Source of the DNA: Natronomonas sp.
Lineage (GTDB): Archaea; Halobacteriota; Halobacteria; Halobacteriales; Haloarculaceae
Reading direction: 5' to 3'
Length of the DNA stretch: 64,000 nt
Assembly: GCF_028274965.1 (NCBI RefSeq)
Contig: NZ_JAQCNO010000071.1
Coordinates: forward strand, 69,505 to 133,504
How positions within the stretch are numbered: the first letter of the stretch is position 1; every line of letters begins with the position of its first letter. Below are positions 1 through 9,301 of the stretch, in pieces. A model generated the notes under the pieces. The model worked only from the letters and a program-made list of their open reading frames with translations, made no database searches and had not been told where the DNA came from. A program made the translations under genes and the position numbers.

Positions 1-509
1 CCGAGGCGCTCCGGAAACTCGCCGAGGAGGCGACGCGGATCCGACACCTCACCGAGGCCCGCGACGTCGGGGGATCGATGGACTGCGTGCCGCTGTTGCG
101 GGACTGCCTGGCGGACTGTCGCCGGAGCCACCCCGGGGCGGACGTGCGCGAGGAACTGCCCGCCTCGGCGGACGTCCGCGCGACGCAGGACCTCCGGATC
201 GCCGTCGAGAGCCTCCTCGAGAACGCCGTCGAGCACAACCCAGCGCCGGACCCGATCGTCGGGGTTCGGATCGAGCGGGCCGCCGACGGCTGGATCGACG
301 TCTGCGTCGAGGACGACGGCCCGGCGATCCCGGCCTCCCAGCGCCGGATCGTGACCGGCGAGGCGGACATCACGCCGCTGCGACACAGCAAAGGGATCGG
401 GCTGTGGCTCGTCAAGTGGACGGCCGAGCGCCTCGGCGGCGAGTTGTCCTTCGAGTCGAGCGCCTACGGCGGCAACAGCGTCCGGATCCGGATCCCCTCG
501 GCGGAGTGA
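1..509 (+). CDS. Sensor histidine kinase, C-terminal fragment (gene starts upstream of the window)
   Basis: Reading frame is open to the window edge. HATPase_c motifs present: LLENAVEHN (N-box), EDDGPAIP (G1), GIGLWLV (G2). Confidence 0.8.
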   Translation, partial: EALRKLAEEATRIRHLTEARDVGGSMDCVPLLRDCLADCRRSHPGADVREELPASADVRATQDLRIAVESLLENAVEHNPAPDPIVGVRIERAADGWIDVCVEDDGPAIPASQRRIVTGEADITPLRHSKGIGLWLVKWTAERLGGELSFESSAYGGNSVRIRIPSAE

Positions 510-590
510 GCGCGCCCCGCCGGCGGGCGAGGCGAGAGCTCGGGGGCCGGAAGCGGAACCCTTGTTACCGGCCGCCCCCCTGTACCGGTA

Positions 591-1835
591 ATGAGTCTCG
601 TCGACACCGCGGCCGTCAAGCGGCTCGCGGACTGGGACGGCGAGCGTCTCGAACGCCTCGCCGCCGAGTACGGCACGCCGCTGTACGTCACCGACCACGA
701 TCGGATCCGGGAGAACTTCGAGCGGTTCAGTTCGGCGTTCGGGTTCGCCCACGTCATGTACGCCGCGAAGGCCAACACCGGACGGGCGGTCATCCGGACG
801 CTGTACGACGCCGGCGCGGACGTCGAGTGCGCGGCGGCGGGCGAACTCCACCGGGCGCTCGCGGCCGGCGTCGCCCCCGAGGACCTCCAGTACACCGCCG
901 TCAACCCGCCCGACGCCGACCTCGATTACGCGGTCGATCTCTGGGAGGACGCCCCCGAGTTGACCGTCACGGCCGGCGCGCCGATGACGCTCGATCGGCT
1001 CGCGGAGCGCGGCTTCGACGGGCGGCTGTCGATCCGCGTCAACCCCGGGATCGGGACCGGCCACCACGAGAAGGTCGCGACCGGCAAGGACGCGAAGTTC
1101 GGCGTGCCGTACGACGAGGTGGCCGACCTCGTCGACCCGGCCCGCGACCGCTTCGAGTTCGTCGGCCTCCACGCCCACGTCGGAAGCGGCGTGCTGTCGG
1201 CGGACCTGGACGAACACCGCCGCGCGCTGCGGAAGGTCGCGGCGCTGGCCGAGCGGATCGGCGACATGGAGTTCCTCGACCTCGGCGGCGGGTTCGGCGT
1301 CCCGTACCGCCCCGAGGAACCGCCCCTTGACATCGAGGCCGCCGCGGCGATGGTTCGGGAGGTGACCGCGGACGTGGACGCGACGATCGCCGTCGAGCCC
1401 GGTCGGTATCTCGTCGCCGACGCCGGCGCGCTTTTGACCCGCGTGAACACGATCAAGGAGACCCCCCAGACGCGCGTCGTCGGCGTCGACGCCGGCCTCA
1501 CGGCGCTGGTCCGCCCGGCGATGTTCGACTCCTATCACCACATCCGGAACGTGACCGGCGGCGACCGCGAGGCCGTCGAGTCAAGCGTCGGCGGGCCGCT
1601 GTGTACGAGCGCGGACGTGTTCTGTACGGACCGCCCGATCCCCCGTCCGGAGGCGAAGGACGTACTCGCGATCGGCAACGTCGGGGCCTACGGCATCAAC
1701 CTCGCGAGCCAGTTTCACTCACAGCCGAAGCCGGCGGAGGTGGCGATCGACGGCGGCGACGAGCGCGTCACCCGCCGCCGGGAGACGTTCGCGGACCTGA
1801 CGCGACTGGAGGACGAGGCCCCCGGCGATCGGTGA
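591..1835 (+). CDS. lysA: Diaminopimelate decarboxylase (Orn/DAP/Arg decarboxylase family 2)
   Basis: 414-aa ORF with PLP-lysine motif YAAKAN, plus GGGFGVPY, EPGRYLVADAG and CTSADV motifs typical of the family. Confidence 0.75.
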   Translation: MSLVDTAAVKRLADWDGERLERLAAEYGTPLYVTDHDRIRENFERFSSAFGFAHVMYAAKANTGRAVIRTLYDAGADVECAAAGELHRALAAGVAPEDLQYTAVNPPDADLDYAVDLWEDAPELTVTAGAPMTLDRLAERGFDGRLSIRVNPGIGTGHHEKVATGKDAKFGVPYDEVADLVDPARDRFEFVGLHAHVGSGVLSADLDEHRRALRKVAALAERIGDMEFLDLGGGFGVPYRPEEPPLDIEAAAAMVREVTADVDATIAVEPGRYLVADAGALLTRVNTIKETPQTRVVGVDAGLTALVRPAMFDSYHHIRNVTGGDREAVESSVGGPLCTSADVFCTDRPIPRPEAKDVLAIGNVGAYGINLASQFHSQPKPAEVAIDGGDERVTRRRETFADLTRLEDEAPGDR

Positions 1836-1910
1836 GGCGTCGCCGCCGGATGTCGGTCGGCCGAAGCGATCCGGCAGAGGCGGGGACGGGGACGGGAGCG
1901 CACCGGAGCG

Positions 1911-3308
1911 CTACCCGGGGCCCTCATCGAGTTCGTCGACGAGGTCGTCGGCGAGTCCGGTGTAGCCGGCGGGCGTCAGGTCGGCGAGTTCCGCCCGGAC
2001 GTCCTCGTCGACGTCGAGGTCCTCGAACAGCGCCCTGAAGTCCTCGAGCGTCGCGCGTCGCCCCCGGGTGAGTTCCTTGATGCGCTCGTAGGCGTCGGTG
2101 TCGCCCTCGCGGCGGAGGATCGTCTGGACGGCCTCGCCGATCACCTCGGGGTTCGCCTCGAGGTCCTCGCGCATGACGGCCTCGTTCGGCGTCACCTTCT
2201 CGAGGCCGGCTCGGGTCTTCTCGTAGGCGATCAGGCAGTGCCCGAGCGCCGACCCGACGTTCCGCTTGACCGTCGAGTCCGAGAGGTCCCGCTGGAGCCG
2301 GGAGGTGGTGACGTAGTCGGCGAGAAACGTGAGATCGGCGTTCGCCTTCGAGAGGTTGCCCTCGCTGTTCTCGAAGTCGATCGGGTTGACCTTGTGCGGC
2401 ATCGTCGAGGACCCGGTCTCGCCGGCGGCGGCGTCCTGCCCGAGGTACCGATCGGAGACGTAGAGCCACACGTCGAGATCGAGGTCCCGGAGGACGTTGT
2501 TGACGCCGCGGAGCGCATCGAACAGCGCCGCGAGATCGTCACAGGGGTTGACCTGCGTCGAGAGCGGGGTGTGTTCGAGCCCGAGCGAGGCGACGAACGA
2601 CCGCGAGAACGCCCGCCAATCGACGTCGGGGTACGCCGTTCGGTGGGCGGCGTAGGTGCCCGACGCGCCGGCGAGTTTGCCCGAAAGCTCCCCTGTTGCG
2701 GCCTCGAGCCGCCCGAGCGCCCGTCCGAGCCGGGCGGCGTAGACGGCGAGTTCCTTGCCGTACGTGGTCGGCGTCGCCGGCTGGCCGTGGGTCCGTGCGA
2801 GCATCGGGACGGCCCTGTGTTCGCGGGCGTCGGCGGCGAGGGCGTCGCGCACCGATCTGATCTCGGGGACGAGCACCTCCTCGATCGCCGGGCCGACGAG
2901 CAGCCGGTGGGCGAGGTTGTTGACGTCCTCGCTCGTGAGGCCGAAGTGGACCCACGGACCCTGTTCGGCCTCGTCGGGGAGGTGCAGCCGGAGGAAGTAC
3001 TCGACCGCCTTGACGTCGTGGTTCGTCGCCGCGTAGCCGGCGTGGCCGTCGGTTTCGAGCCGCTTGATACTCGAGGCGTCCTCGGCGTCGAAGCCGTCGT
3101 ACAGCCCCCGGAGGTCGCCCCGGGTCCGGTCGGAGAGCGTCAGCGGCGTCGCATCGAGCTCCGAGAGCGCGATGAGGTACTCGACCTCGACCTCGACGCG
3201 GGCGCGCATGAGCGCCGCCTCGCTCGCGTACGCCGTGAGCGGTTCCGTGTACCGGGCGTAGCGGCCGTCGAGCGGCGAAACGGCGTACAGTGGTCCCCGA
3301 TCGGTCAT
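1911..3308 (-). CDS. purB: Adenylosuccinate lyase
   Basis: Only the C-terminal 465 aa of the 1067-aa track ORF look real. Start is ATG at 3308 (MTDRGPLYAVSPLDGRY). Fumarate-lyase signature GSSTMPHKVNP is present. The upstream 600 aa are Arg/Pro-rich high-GC read-through. Confidence 0.9.
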   Translation of the reverse strand: MTDRGPLYAVSPLDGRYARYTEPLTAYASEAALMRARVEVEVEYLIALSELDATPLTLSDRTRGDLRGLYDGFDAEDASSIKRLETDGHAGYAATNHDVKAVEYFLRLHLPDEAEQGPWVHFGLTSEDVNNLAHRLLVGPAIEEVLVPEIRSVRDALAADAREHRAVPMLARTHGQPATPTTYGKELAVYAARLGRALGRLEAATGELSGKLAGASGTYAAHRTAYPDVDWRAFSRSFVASLGLEHTPLSTQVNPCDDLAALFDALRGVNNVLRDLDLDVWLYVSDRYLGQDAAAGETGSSTMPHKVNPIDFENSEGNLSKANADLTFLADYVTTSRLQRDLSDSTVKRNVGSALGHCLIAYEKTRAGLEKVTPNEAVMREDLEANPEVIGEAVQTILRREGDTDAYERIKELTRGRRATLEDFRALFEDLDVDEDVRAELADLTPAGYTGLADDLVDELDEGPG

Positions 3309-3414
3309 GGCTACGATTGGGTGGAGCCGCTGAAAAAGGATACCGGTCGGCGGCCGAGGCGGGCGTCGGGGCGTGCGCCGGGAGCGTTTTGATCGTCGGG
3401 AGCCTAACGCGGGC

Positions 3415-4092
3415 GTGTCGTTCAGCGCCGTCCTCTTCGATCTCGACGGGACCCTCTGTGAGCGGACGCAGTCGGCGGCAGCGGTATACGCCGGCGCGTT
3501 CGAGGCCGCCGCGGTCGAACCGTTCGGCGAACCGGGGGAGCTGTGGGCCGCCCTCGCCGAGCCGCCGGACCACGACGATCGGGTCGGGTACTTCGCCGCG
3601 GGGTTTGCGATCGTCGCCGCCAAACACGGCCGAGCGCCGACCGACGCGAGAGGGCTTGCCCGCGGCATCCTCGAGACGATCGACAACGCGCGGGTTCGGC
3701 CGACCGAGGGGGCGATCGAGGCGATCGAGGCGGCGGGACGCGTCGGTCCGGTGGGGCTGTTGACGAACGGGCCGCGGAGCCGACAGCGGACGAAACTCGA
3801 CGCGTTGCCGTTCGGGGACGCGTTCGAAACGACGGTGTACGCGGCCGATCTCCGGCGGCGCAAGCCGAACCGCGAGCCCTTCGAGCGGGCGCTCGGGTCG
3901 CTCTCGGTCACGGCGTCGGAGGCGCTGTACGTCGGCGACTCCCTCGAGTACGACGTCGCCGGCGCACAGAACGCCGGCCTCGAGGTGGCGTGGTGTCGAC
4001 CGGAGGCCGATGTCGAACCCGCGCCGTACGACCCGGAGTACGTGATCGACTCACCGGCCGAAATCGAGAGGGTGCTCGACGGGGACGGATGA
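3415..4092 (+). CDS. HAD-superfamily hydrolase
   Basis: Motif I FDLDGTL lies right after a GTG at 3415 (the track ORF starts at 3373). YVGDS..DV motif is present near the C-terminus. Confidence 0.75.
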   Translation: MSFSAVLFDLDGTLCERTQSAAAVYAGAFEAAAVEPFGEPGELWAALAEPPDHDDRVGYFAAGFAIVAAKHGRAPTDARGLARGILETIDNARVRPTEGAIEAIEAAGRVGPVGLLTNGPRSRQRTKLDALPFGDAFETTVYAADLRRRKPNREPFERALGSLSVTASEALYVGDSLEYDVAGAQNAGLEVAWCRPEADVEPAPYDPEYVIDSPAEIERVLDGDG

Positions 4093-5024
4093 GCCGGATC
4101 GAAGCCGCGCTCGGGCGGGTCGCCCCCGGGCGGCCCGTGGCGTCGGTCTGCCGTCCGGTCGAGGGAAACAGCGAGGAGACGGCGATCGTGACCTTCGACG
4201 ACGGCGAGCGCCTCGTCCTGCAGTGTTCGGACGATCCGGCGGCCTCGAGGGCCGAAACGCGGCTGGCCCGCGAGATCGGCGCCCGAACGGCGGTGCCGGT
4301 GCCGGATGTGCTCGAGGCGGGGCGGATCGGGAACTGTCGCTACCGGGTGACAGAGCACGTCGAGGGGGAGAACCTCCACAAGCGGTTCGGGGCGCTCGGG
4401 CCCGCGGCGCAAACGCTGATCGCGCGGCGGTTCGGGTGGGCGCTCGGGGCGGTACACGACGCGTTCGGGTTCGATCGGTACGGGAGCCTCGCGGCCGGCG
4501 ACGGCGGGTTGGTCCCAACGGGGGCGGACGCGGGAGCCGGGGCGTACGGTCGGTGGTTCGAGGCGTACGCCGAGGCCGGGATCGACGCGCTGCCGCCGTG
4601 TTTCGAGGACCTCAAGCGGCCGCTCGCCGAGGCGATAGAGCGGGCCGGACCGCCGGCGGACCCGACGCCGCGGCTGTTCCCGTGGGACCTGCGCCCGGGG
4701 AACGCGGTGGTGGCCGACGGGGAGATCGCCGCGTTTCTCGACTGGGGCGGCCCCCTCGCGGCGGGTGCCGGCCTCGCGGTCGCGAAGGCCGAGCGGCTCG
4801 TCTGCGAGTGGTACGTCGAGGATCCCGAGCCGCTCCGGCGGGCGTTTCGGGCGGGCTACGCCTCGGTCCGGCCGGTCACGACGGTGCGGCGGGCGGACCG
4901 ACTCGTCGCGACGGTCCGCTCGGTGGTCGACGGCGACGGCGAGGTGACCCGTCCGGGGTACCCCGAGCGCCAGGGGACCGCGGCCGTGACGTTTCACCGC
5001 GGCCGACTGGAGGCGCTGTTGTGA
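4089..5024 (+). CDS. Aminoglycoside/choline-kinase-like phosphotransferase (APH family)
   Basis: ATG at 4089 overlaps the HAD stop codon (ATGA). Kinase-like catalytic loop WDLRPGNAV and FLDWG are present. Lies in frame inside track ORF 3543..5024. Confidence 0.65.
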   Translation: MSRIEAALGRVAPGRPVASVCRPVEGNSEETAIVTFDDGERLVLQCSDDPAASRAETRLAREIGARTAVPVPDVLEAGRIGNCRYRVTEHVEGENLHKRFGALGPAAQTLIARRFGWALGAVHDAFGFDRYGSLAAGDGGLVPTGADAGAGAYGRWFEAYAEAGIDALPPCFEDLKRPLAEAIERAGPPADPTPRLFPWDLRPGNAVVADGEIAAFLDWGGPLAAGAGLAVAKAERLVCEWYVEDPEPLRRAFRAGYASVRPVTTVRRADRLVATVRSVVDGDGEVTRPGYPERQGTAAVTFHRGRLEALL

Positions 5025-5061
5025 GGCGATCCCGCACACGCACACGCGCCGCTCGAACGCA

Positions 5062-5088
5062 CGAGAGCGCGGCTGAAACGCGCTCTCG
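5062..5088 (+). other. Perfect 10-bp stem / 7-nt loop hairpin between the phosphotransferase gene and purH
   Basis: cgagagcgcg-gctgaaa-cgcgctctcg. No T-run follows. Confidence 0.5.
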
Positions 5089-5146
5089 CGGCACCGACGG
5101 GGCAACAACCGCAACTACTTTGCGTTCGGCGGCGGCCGTTCCGCGC

Positions 5147-6727
5147 ATGCAACTCGCCGGTATGGCGTCGAACCGCGGTCGGAACCTGTTACGCATCGCA
5201 GACGCGGCCCCCGGCGGCGCGAGCGTCGCCGTCGTGGTGTCGAACGAGGAGGACGCGCCCGTCCTCGGGGCGGCGGCCGAGCGCGGCGTGCCGACGGAGG
5301 TCGTCGAGCGGGGCACAGATGAGACGCGGGCGGACCACGAAAAGCGGATCCTCGATCGGCTGTCGGCGTACGACGTCGATCTCGTCTGTCTCGACGGCTA
5401 CATGCGGATCCTGACGGAGACGTTTCTCGACGCGGCGCCGACGACGCTGAACGTCCACCCGTCGCTGCTGCCGTCGTTTCCCGGGCTGGACGCCCACGAG
5501 CGGGTCCTCGAGGCCGGCGTCTCGGTGAGCGGCTGCACCGTCCACGTCGTCAACGAGACCGTCGACGGCGGCCCGATCGTCACCCAGGAGCCGGTCCCGG
5601 TCTACGCGGACGACGACGCGGCCGACCTCGAGCGGCGCGTTCGGTCCGAGGCGGAGTTCAGCGCCTACCCCCGCGCGATCGAGTGGTTCGCGGAGGGGCG
5701 CGTCACCGTCGCCGACGGGACGGTCGCGGTCGAGGGCGACGGCGGCGGGGCGTTCCCCGCGCGTCGCTTCGGGAGCGACGACCGCGGCCGCGAGCTCAGA
5801 TACGGCGAGAACCCCCACCAGGACGCCGCCGTCTACGTCGACCGGACGAGCGATGCCCCGAGCGTGGTCGACGCCGCCCAGCGGAACGAGGGCGCCAAGG
5901 CGCTGTCGTACAACAACTACAACGACGCCGACGCCGCGCTCTCTCTCGTCTCTGAGTTCGACGAGCCGGCCGCGGCGGTCATCAAGCACGCGAACCCGGC
6001 CGGCTGTGCGACCGCCGGGTCGCTGTCGGCGGCGTACGCCGACGCCCTCTCGACGGACCCGATGAGCGCCTTCGGCGGCATCGTCGCCGTGAACCGGCGG
6101 TGTGACGCCGCCACCGCCGAGGCGATCACCGACTCGTTCAAGGAGGTCGTCGTCGCGCCGGGGTACACCGACGCGGCGCTCGAGGTGCTCTTCGGATCGG
6201 ATAACCTGCGGGTGTTGGACGTCGGGGCGGACGCCGACCTCGCGGTCGCGGCCGACGCGCTCGTCGAGAGCGACCTCGTCGGGGGGCGGCTCGTCCAACA
6301 GCGGGACGCCCAATCGATCGACCCCGACGACCTCAAGATCCCGACCGACCGGGAGCCGACGGCGGCGCAACTCGAGACGATGGCGTTCGCCTGGCGGACG
6401 ATCAAACACGTCAAGTCGAACGCGATCCTCTTTGCCGACGGCACGGAGACGGTCGGCGTTGGGATGGGACAGGTCTCCCGGGTCGACGCCGTCCGGTTGG
6501 CGGCGATGAAGGCCGACGAGCACGCCGAGGGCAAAGAGGCGGCGGGCGCGGTGATGGCCTCGGACGCCTTCTTTCCGTTCCCGGACGGCATCGAGGTGGC
6601 GGCCGACGCCGGCATCGAAGCCGTCGTCCAGCCCGGCGGGTCGGTCAACGACGACGACGTCATCGCGGCCGCGAACGACCGCGACATCGCGATGGCGTTC
6701 ACCGGACGGCGGGCGTTCAAGCACTGA
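5147..6727 (+). CDS. purH: Bifunctional GAR transformylase (PurN) / AICAR transformylase (PurH AICARFT domain) fusion
   Basis: N-terminus has LAGMASNRGRNL and NVHPSLLPSFPG (PurN formyltransferase). C-terminal part has YGENPHQ, KHANPAG and ends FTGRRAFKH (AICARFT). No MGS-like IMP cyclohydrolase domain is present. Confidence 0.85.
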   Translation: MQLAGMASNRGRNLLRIADAAPGGASVAVVVSNEEDAPVLGAAAERGVPTEVVERGTDETRADHEKRILDRLSAYDVDLVCLDGYMRILTETFLDAAPTTLNVHPSLLPSFPGLDAHERVLEAGVSVSGCTVHVVNETVDGGPIVTQEPVPVYADDDAADLERRVRSEAEFSAYPRAIEWFAEGRVTVADGTVAVEGDGGGAFPARRFGSDDRGRELRYGENPHQDAAVYVDRTSDAPSVVDAAQRNEGAKALSYNNYNDADAALSLVSEFDEPAAAVIKHANPAGCATAGSLSAAYADALSTDPMSAFGGIVAVNRRCDAATAEAITDSFKEVVVAPGYTDAALEVLFGSDNLRVLDVGADADLAVAADALVESDLVGGRLVQQRDAQSIDPDDLKIPTDREPTAAQLETMAFAWRTIKHVKSNAILFADGTETVGVGMGQVSRVDAVRLAAMKADEHAEGKEAAGAVMASDAFFPFPDGIEVAADAGIEAVVQPGGSVNDDDVIAAANDRDIAMAFTGRRAFKH

Positions 6728-6729
6728 TC

Positions 6730-6747
6730 GGCGCTCCCGGGAGCGCC
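6730..6747. terminator. Perfect 18-nt GC palindrome between convergent genes
   Basis: ggcgctcccgggagcgcc begins 3 nt after the purH stop, in the 81-nt gap before the convergent kinase gene. A bidirectional hairpin is possible. Confidence 0.35.
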
Positions 6748-6808
6748 CGCGGGGCAAAGACAGGAACAGAGGCAGAGGCGTGGACGGCCCCGAAGGCGAG
6801 CGCGATCC

Positions 6809-8764
6809 CTACTCGGCGTCGACGCCGGTGAACTCAAAGCGCGCGCCGCCGCCGTTGCTCTCGGCGAGTTCGACGTCCCAGCCGTGGGCCTCGGCGATCT
6901 GTCGGACGATCGAGAGCCCAAGACCGGTGCCGTCCGACTCCGTCGAGTAGCCGTACTCGAAGACCCGGTTCCGTTCGGCCTCGGGGATCCCGGGGCCGTC
7001 GTCCTCGACGTAGAAGCCGTCCCGAAGGCGGCCGATCCGGACGGTCACGCCCGACTCGGTTGCGGTATCGCCCGTCGCGTCCGGGGCCTCCCCGGCCGGC
7101 CCGGTTGCGCCGTCGTCCGACGGCCCGTCGCCGGAGCCGTGCTCGGCGCTGTTCCGAAAGAGGTTCTCGAGGAGCCGCCCGAGGCGGTCGCGGTCGGCCT
7201 CGATCCTGATCGGGCCGGACACCGCCAGCCCGGCGGTGCCGGTGTCGACGTGTTCCCACGACGCCGCGGCGAGCTCCTCGAGGGACACGGGGTCGGTGGT
7301 TTCGACCGCCGCGCCCTCCCGGGCCATCGTGAGCACGTCGGAGATGAGCGCCTCGATCCGCTCGTGTGCGTTCCGGATCGGGCGGAGGCGCTCGGCGTCG
7401 ACGTCGTCCTTGAGCAACTCGAGGCGGCCGCGGGCGACGCTGAGGGGGTTCCGGAGGTCGTGTGAGAGCACCGACGCGAACTCGTCGAGGCGGTCGTTCT
7501 GACGCCGGAGGCGCCGCTCGACCCGCCGCCGTTCGAGCCCGTAGCTGATCCACCGGGCCATCAGGTCGACGAGCGTCACCTGCCACTCCGAGAACGGCGT
7601 CTTCCGCGGCGTCTCGTCGTAGAAACAGAACGTCCCGTACACGCGCCCGCCGACGTGGACAGGCGCGCCGACATAACAGCTGACGCCCCACTCGGTGTAG
7701 CCGGCCCGATCGGTGAGCTCCGGTGCGTCGGCCGCGATGTCGGCCAACACGAGCGACTCGTTCGTCTCGATGGCCCGCTCGCAGTGGGTCGCGGAGAGAT
7801 CGACGACGTCGCCGGCCTCGATCGTCCCGTCGGGGGCCCGGACCACCTCGAAGACGTACTCCTCGTCGCGGACCCGCGAGAGCGACGCGTACTCCGTGCC
7901 GACGACGCGGCGGCCGATGTCCAGGAGGGCGCTGGCCTGCTCGTCGAACGCGCGGTCGGTGTCGGAGACGACGTCGTACACCTCCCGGAGTATCCGCTCG
8001 CGGTTCCGGATCTCCGATTCGCGTCTGTGCTTTTCGGTCACGTCGAGGAAGTACACGGAGATGCCGTTTTCCGAGGGGTAGACCCGGATGTCGAACCACG
8101 TGTCGAGGGGGTCGTAGTACGACTCGAAGGAGACCGGCGTCTGGCTGTCCACAGCTTCGTGGTACCGCTCGTAGAACGCCGTTTCGGTCGCCTCCGGGAT
8201 CGTCTCCCAGATGTTCCGCCCCAGGAGGTCCGCCGCCGAGGGGTCCTCGCCGATCGCGTCGCCGACGAGTTCGGCGGCGCGGTCGTTGAGGTAGCTGAAA
8301 CGCCACTCGTCGTCGAGGGCGAACACGCCGTCGGTCATCCGATCGAAGACCTCGCCGCGCTCGTTTCGGGTCGGGTCGCGCCCGCCGCGGCCCCGGACGC
8401 TGGTTTGGATCCGGTTCGCGAGGAGGTCGTACCGATCGGGCCCCGCGTCGGTCCGGAAGTAGTCGGTCGCGCCCGCCGCGATCGCCTCGCTCGCGGTCGT
8501 TTCGCTCCCCTCGCCGACCGACACGACAACCGGGAGATCGCCGTGGGACTCGCGGACGGCCTCGAGGAACCCGACGGCGTCCGGCCCGGAGATTTCGGGG
8601 CCCGAGACGACGCAGTCGAAGGCGGTCGCGTCGAGCCGTTCGAGCCCCTCGTCGGTGCCCGTCGCCGCCTCGACGGCGACGCCGTCGTCCGCCCGCTCGA
8701 TGAACTCCGCCGTCTCGGCGGCTCGCTCCTCGTCGGCGTAAAGAACGCGGATCGGGCGGGCCAT
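6809..8764 (-). CDS. Hybrid sensor histidine kinase: atypical receiver, PAS, GAF, HisKA and HATPase domains
   Basis: 651 aa with H-box SHDLRNPL, N-box LFRNSAEHG, G1 EDDGPGIP and G2 GTGLGLSIV. The N-terminal CheY-like domain reads DCVVSGPEISGPD where DCVVSDYEMPGMDG is usual. Confidence 0.85.
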   Translation of the reverse strand: MARPIRVLYADEERAAETAEFIERADDGVAVEAATGTDEGLERLDATAFDCVVSGPEISGPDAVGFLEAVRESHGDLPVVVSVGEGSETTASEAIAAGATDYFRTDAGPDRYDLLANRIQTSVRGRGGRDPTRNERGEVFDRMTDGVFALDDEWRFSYLNDRAAELVGDAIGEDPSAADLLGRNIWETIPEATETAFYERYHEAVDSQTPVSFESYYDPLDTWFDIRVYPSENGISVYFLDVTEKHRRESEIRNRERILREVYDVVSDTDRAFDEQASALLDIGRRVVGTEYASLSRVRDEEYVFEVVRAPDGTIEAGDVVDLSATHCERAIETNESLVLADIAADAPELTDRAGYTEWGVSCYVGAPVHVGGRVYGTFCFYDETPRKTPFSEWQVTLVDLMARWISYGLERRRVERRLRRQNDRLDEFASVLSHDLRNPLSVARGRLELLKDDVDAERLRPIRNAHERIEALISDVLTMAREGAAVETTDPVSLEELAAASWEHVDTGTAGLAVSGPIRIEADRDRLGRLLENLFRNSAEHGSGDGPSDDGATGPAGEAPDATGDTATESGVTVRIGRLRDGFYVEDDGPGIPEAERNRVFEYGYSTESDGTGLGLSIVRQIAEAHGWDVELAESNGGGARFEFTGVDAE

Positions 8765-8838
8765 GCCCTACGAGTACACGCGCCGACTGATAACGGTCTG
8801 TCGGTTTCGGACGCCGGCTCGGAGGCGGATCGGTCGGC

Positions 8839-8979
8839 TCAGAGCAGAACGAAGATCAGGTACGGAACGCCGAACAGGAGCAGCGCCATCGCGCCGATGA
8901 CCAGTAGGTACGAGGCCAGCGTTCCGGCGGCGGCGGCGAACGAGTCGCGTCCGGGGTCCGAGCCGAGGTCGACGTCCAT
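8839..8979 (-). CDS. Possible 46-aa single-pass membrane protein
   Basis: Hand translation gives MDVDLGSDPGRDSFAAAAGTLASYLLVIGAMALLLFGVPYLIFVLL*. Codons are host-like (G/C-ending). The ORF is below the track's length cutoff. Confidence 0.35.
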   Translation of the reverse strand: MDVDLGSDPGRDSFAAAAGTLASYLLVIGAMALLLFGVPYLIFVLL

Positions 8980-9032
8980 AGACCGACGTTCGGCCACGGT
9001 CGCTTATAGCTGTTGGAGGGTCAGCGGCGGCG

Positions 9033-9230
9033 TCAGCCGATGATCTCCGTGATCCGGCGCGGTTCGCCCGACAGCGAGGGGTCCTCCTCGATCAGCTTGA
9101 GGACCTCGTGGTCGGTCACGTCCGGGTAGTTCTTTCGCGTGGCCTCCTCGATCAGCTCCTTGTCCATGCGGAACTCGGTCCCCTCGTAGACGACGTCGAC
9201 GCCCTCTTGATCGAAGGAAAGCACGGTCAT
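9033..9230 (-). CDS. Small acidic hypothetical protein (65 aa)
   Basis: ATG at 9230 (MTVLSFDQEGVDVVYEGTEFRMDKELIEEATRKNYPDVTDHEVLKLIEEDPSL...). Composition is non-repetitive and globular-looking. The longer 222-aa track ORF is Ser/Pro-rich upstream of this start. Confidence 0.6.
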   Translation of the reverse strand: MTVLSFDQEGVDVVYEGTEFRMDKELIEEATRKNYPDVTDHEVLKLIEEDPSLSGEPRRITEIIG

Positions 9231-9281
9231 ACCGCGGGTTCGCGGTCGGGGAGCATAAGCCCCACGCGTCCGGGAACGACC

Positions 9282-9301
9282 CGTCAGACGGCCGTCTGAC
9301 G
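9282..9301. promoter_or_regulatory. Perfect 20-nt palindrome in a divergent promoter region
   Basis: cgtcagacggccgtctgacg lies between the 65-aa gene (start 9230, minus strand) and the bactofilin-like gene. It is 10 nt upstream of the TATA-like atttaata (9312-9319). Confidence 0.5.

Noticed and set aside
1911-5114. 1067-aa ORF on the minus strand that appears to extend purB far upstream
   Set aside because: Only the last 465 codons (from ATG 3308) look like adenylosuccinate lyase. The upstream 600 codons are Arg/Pro/Gly-rich and lie antisense to the well-supported HAD and phosphotransferase genes. This is typical stop-free read-through in DNA of about 68 % GC.
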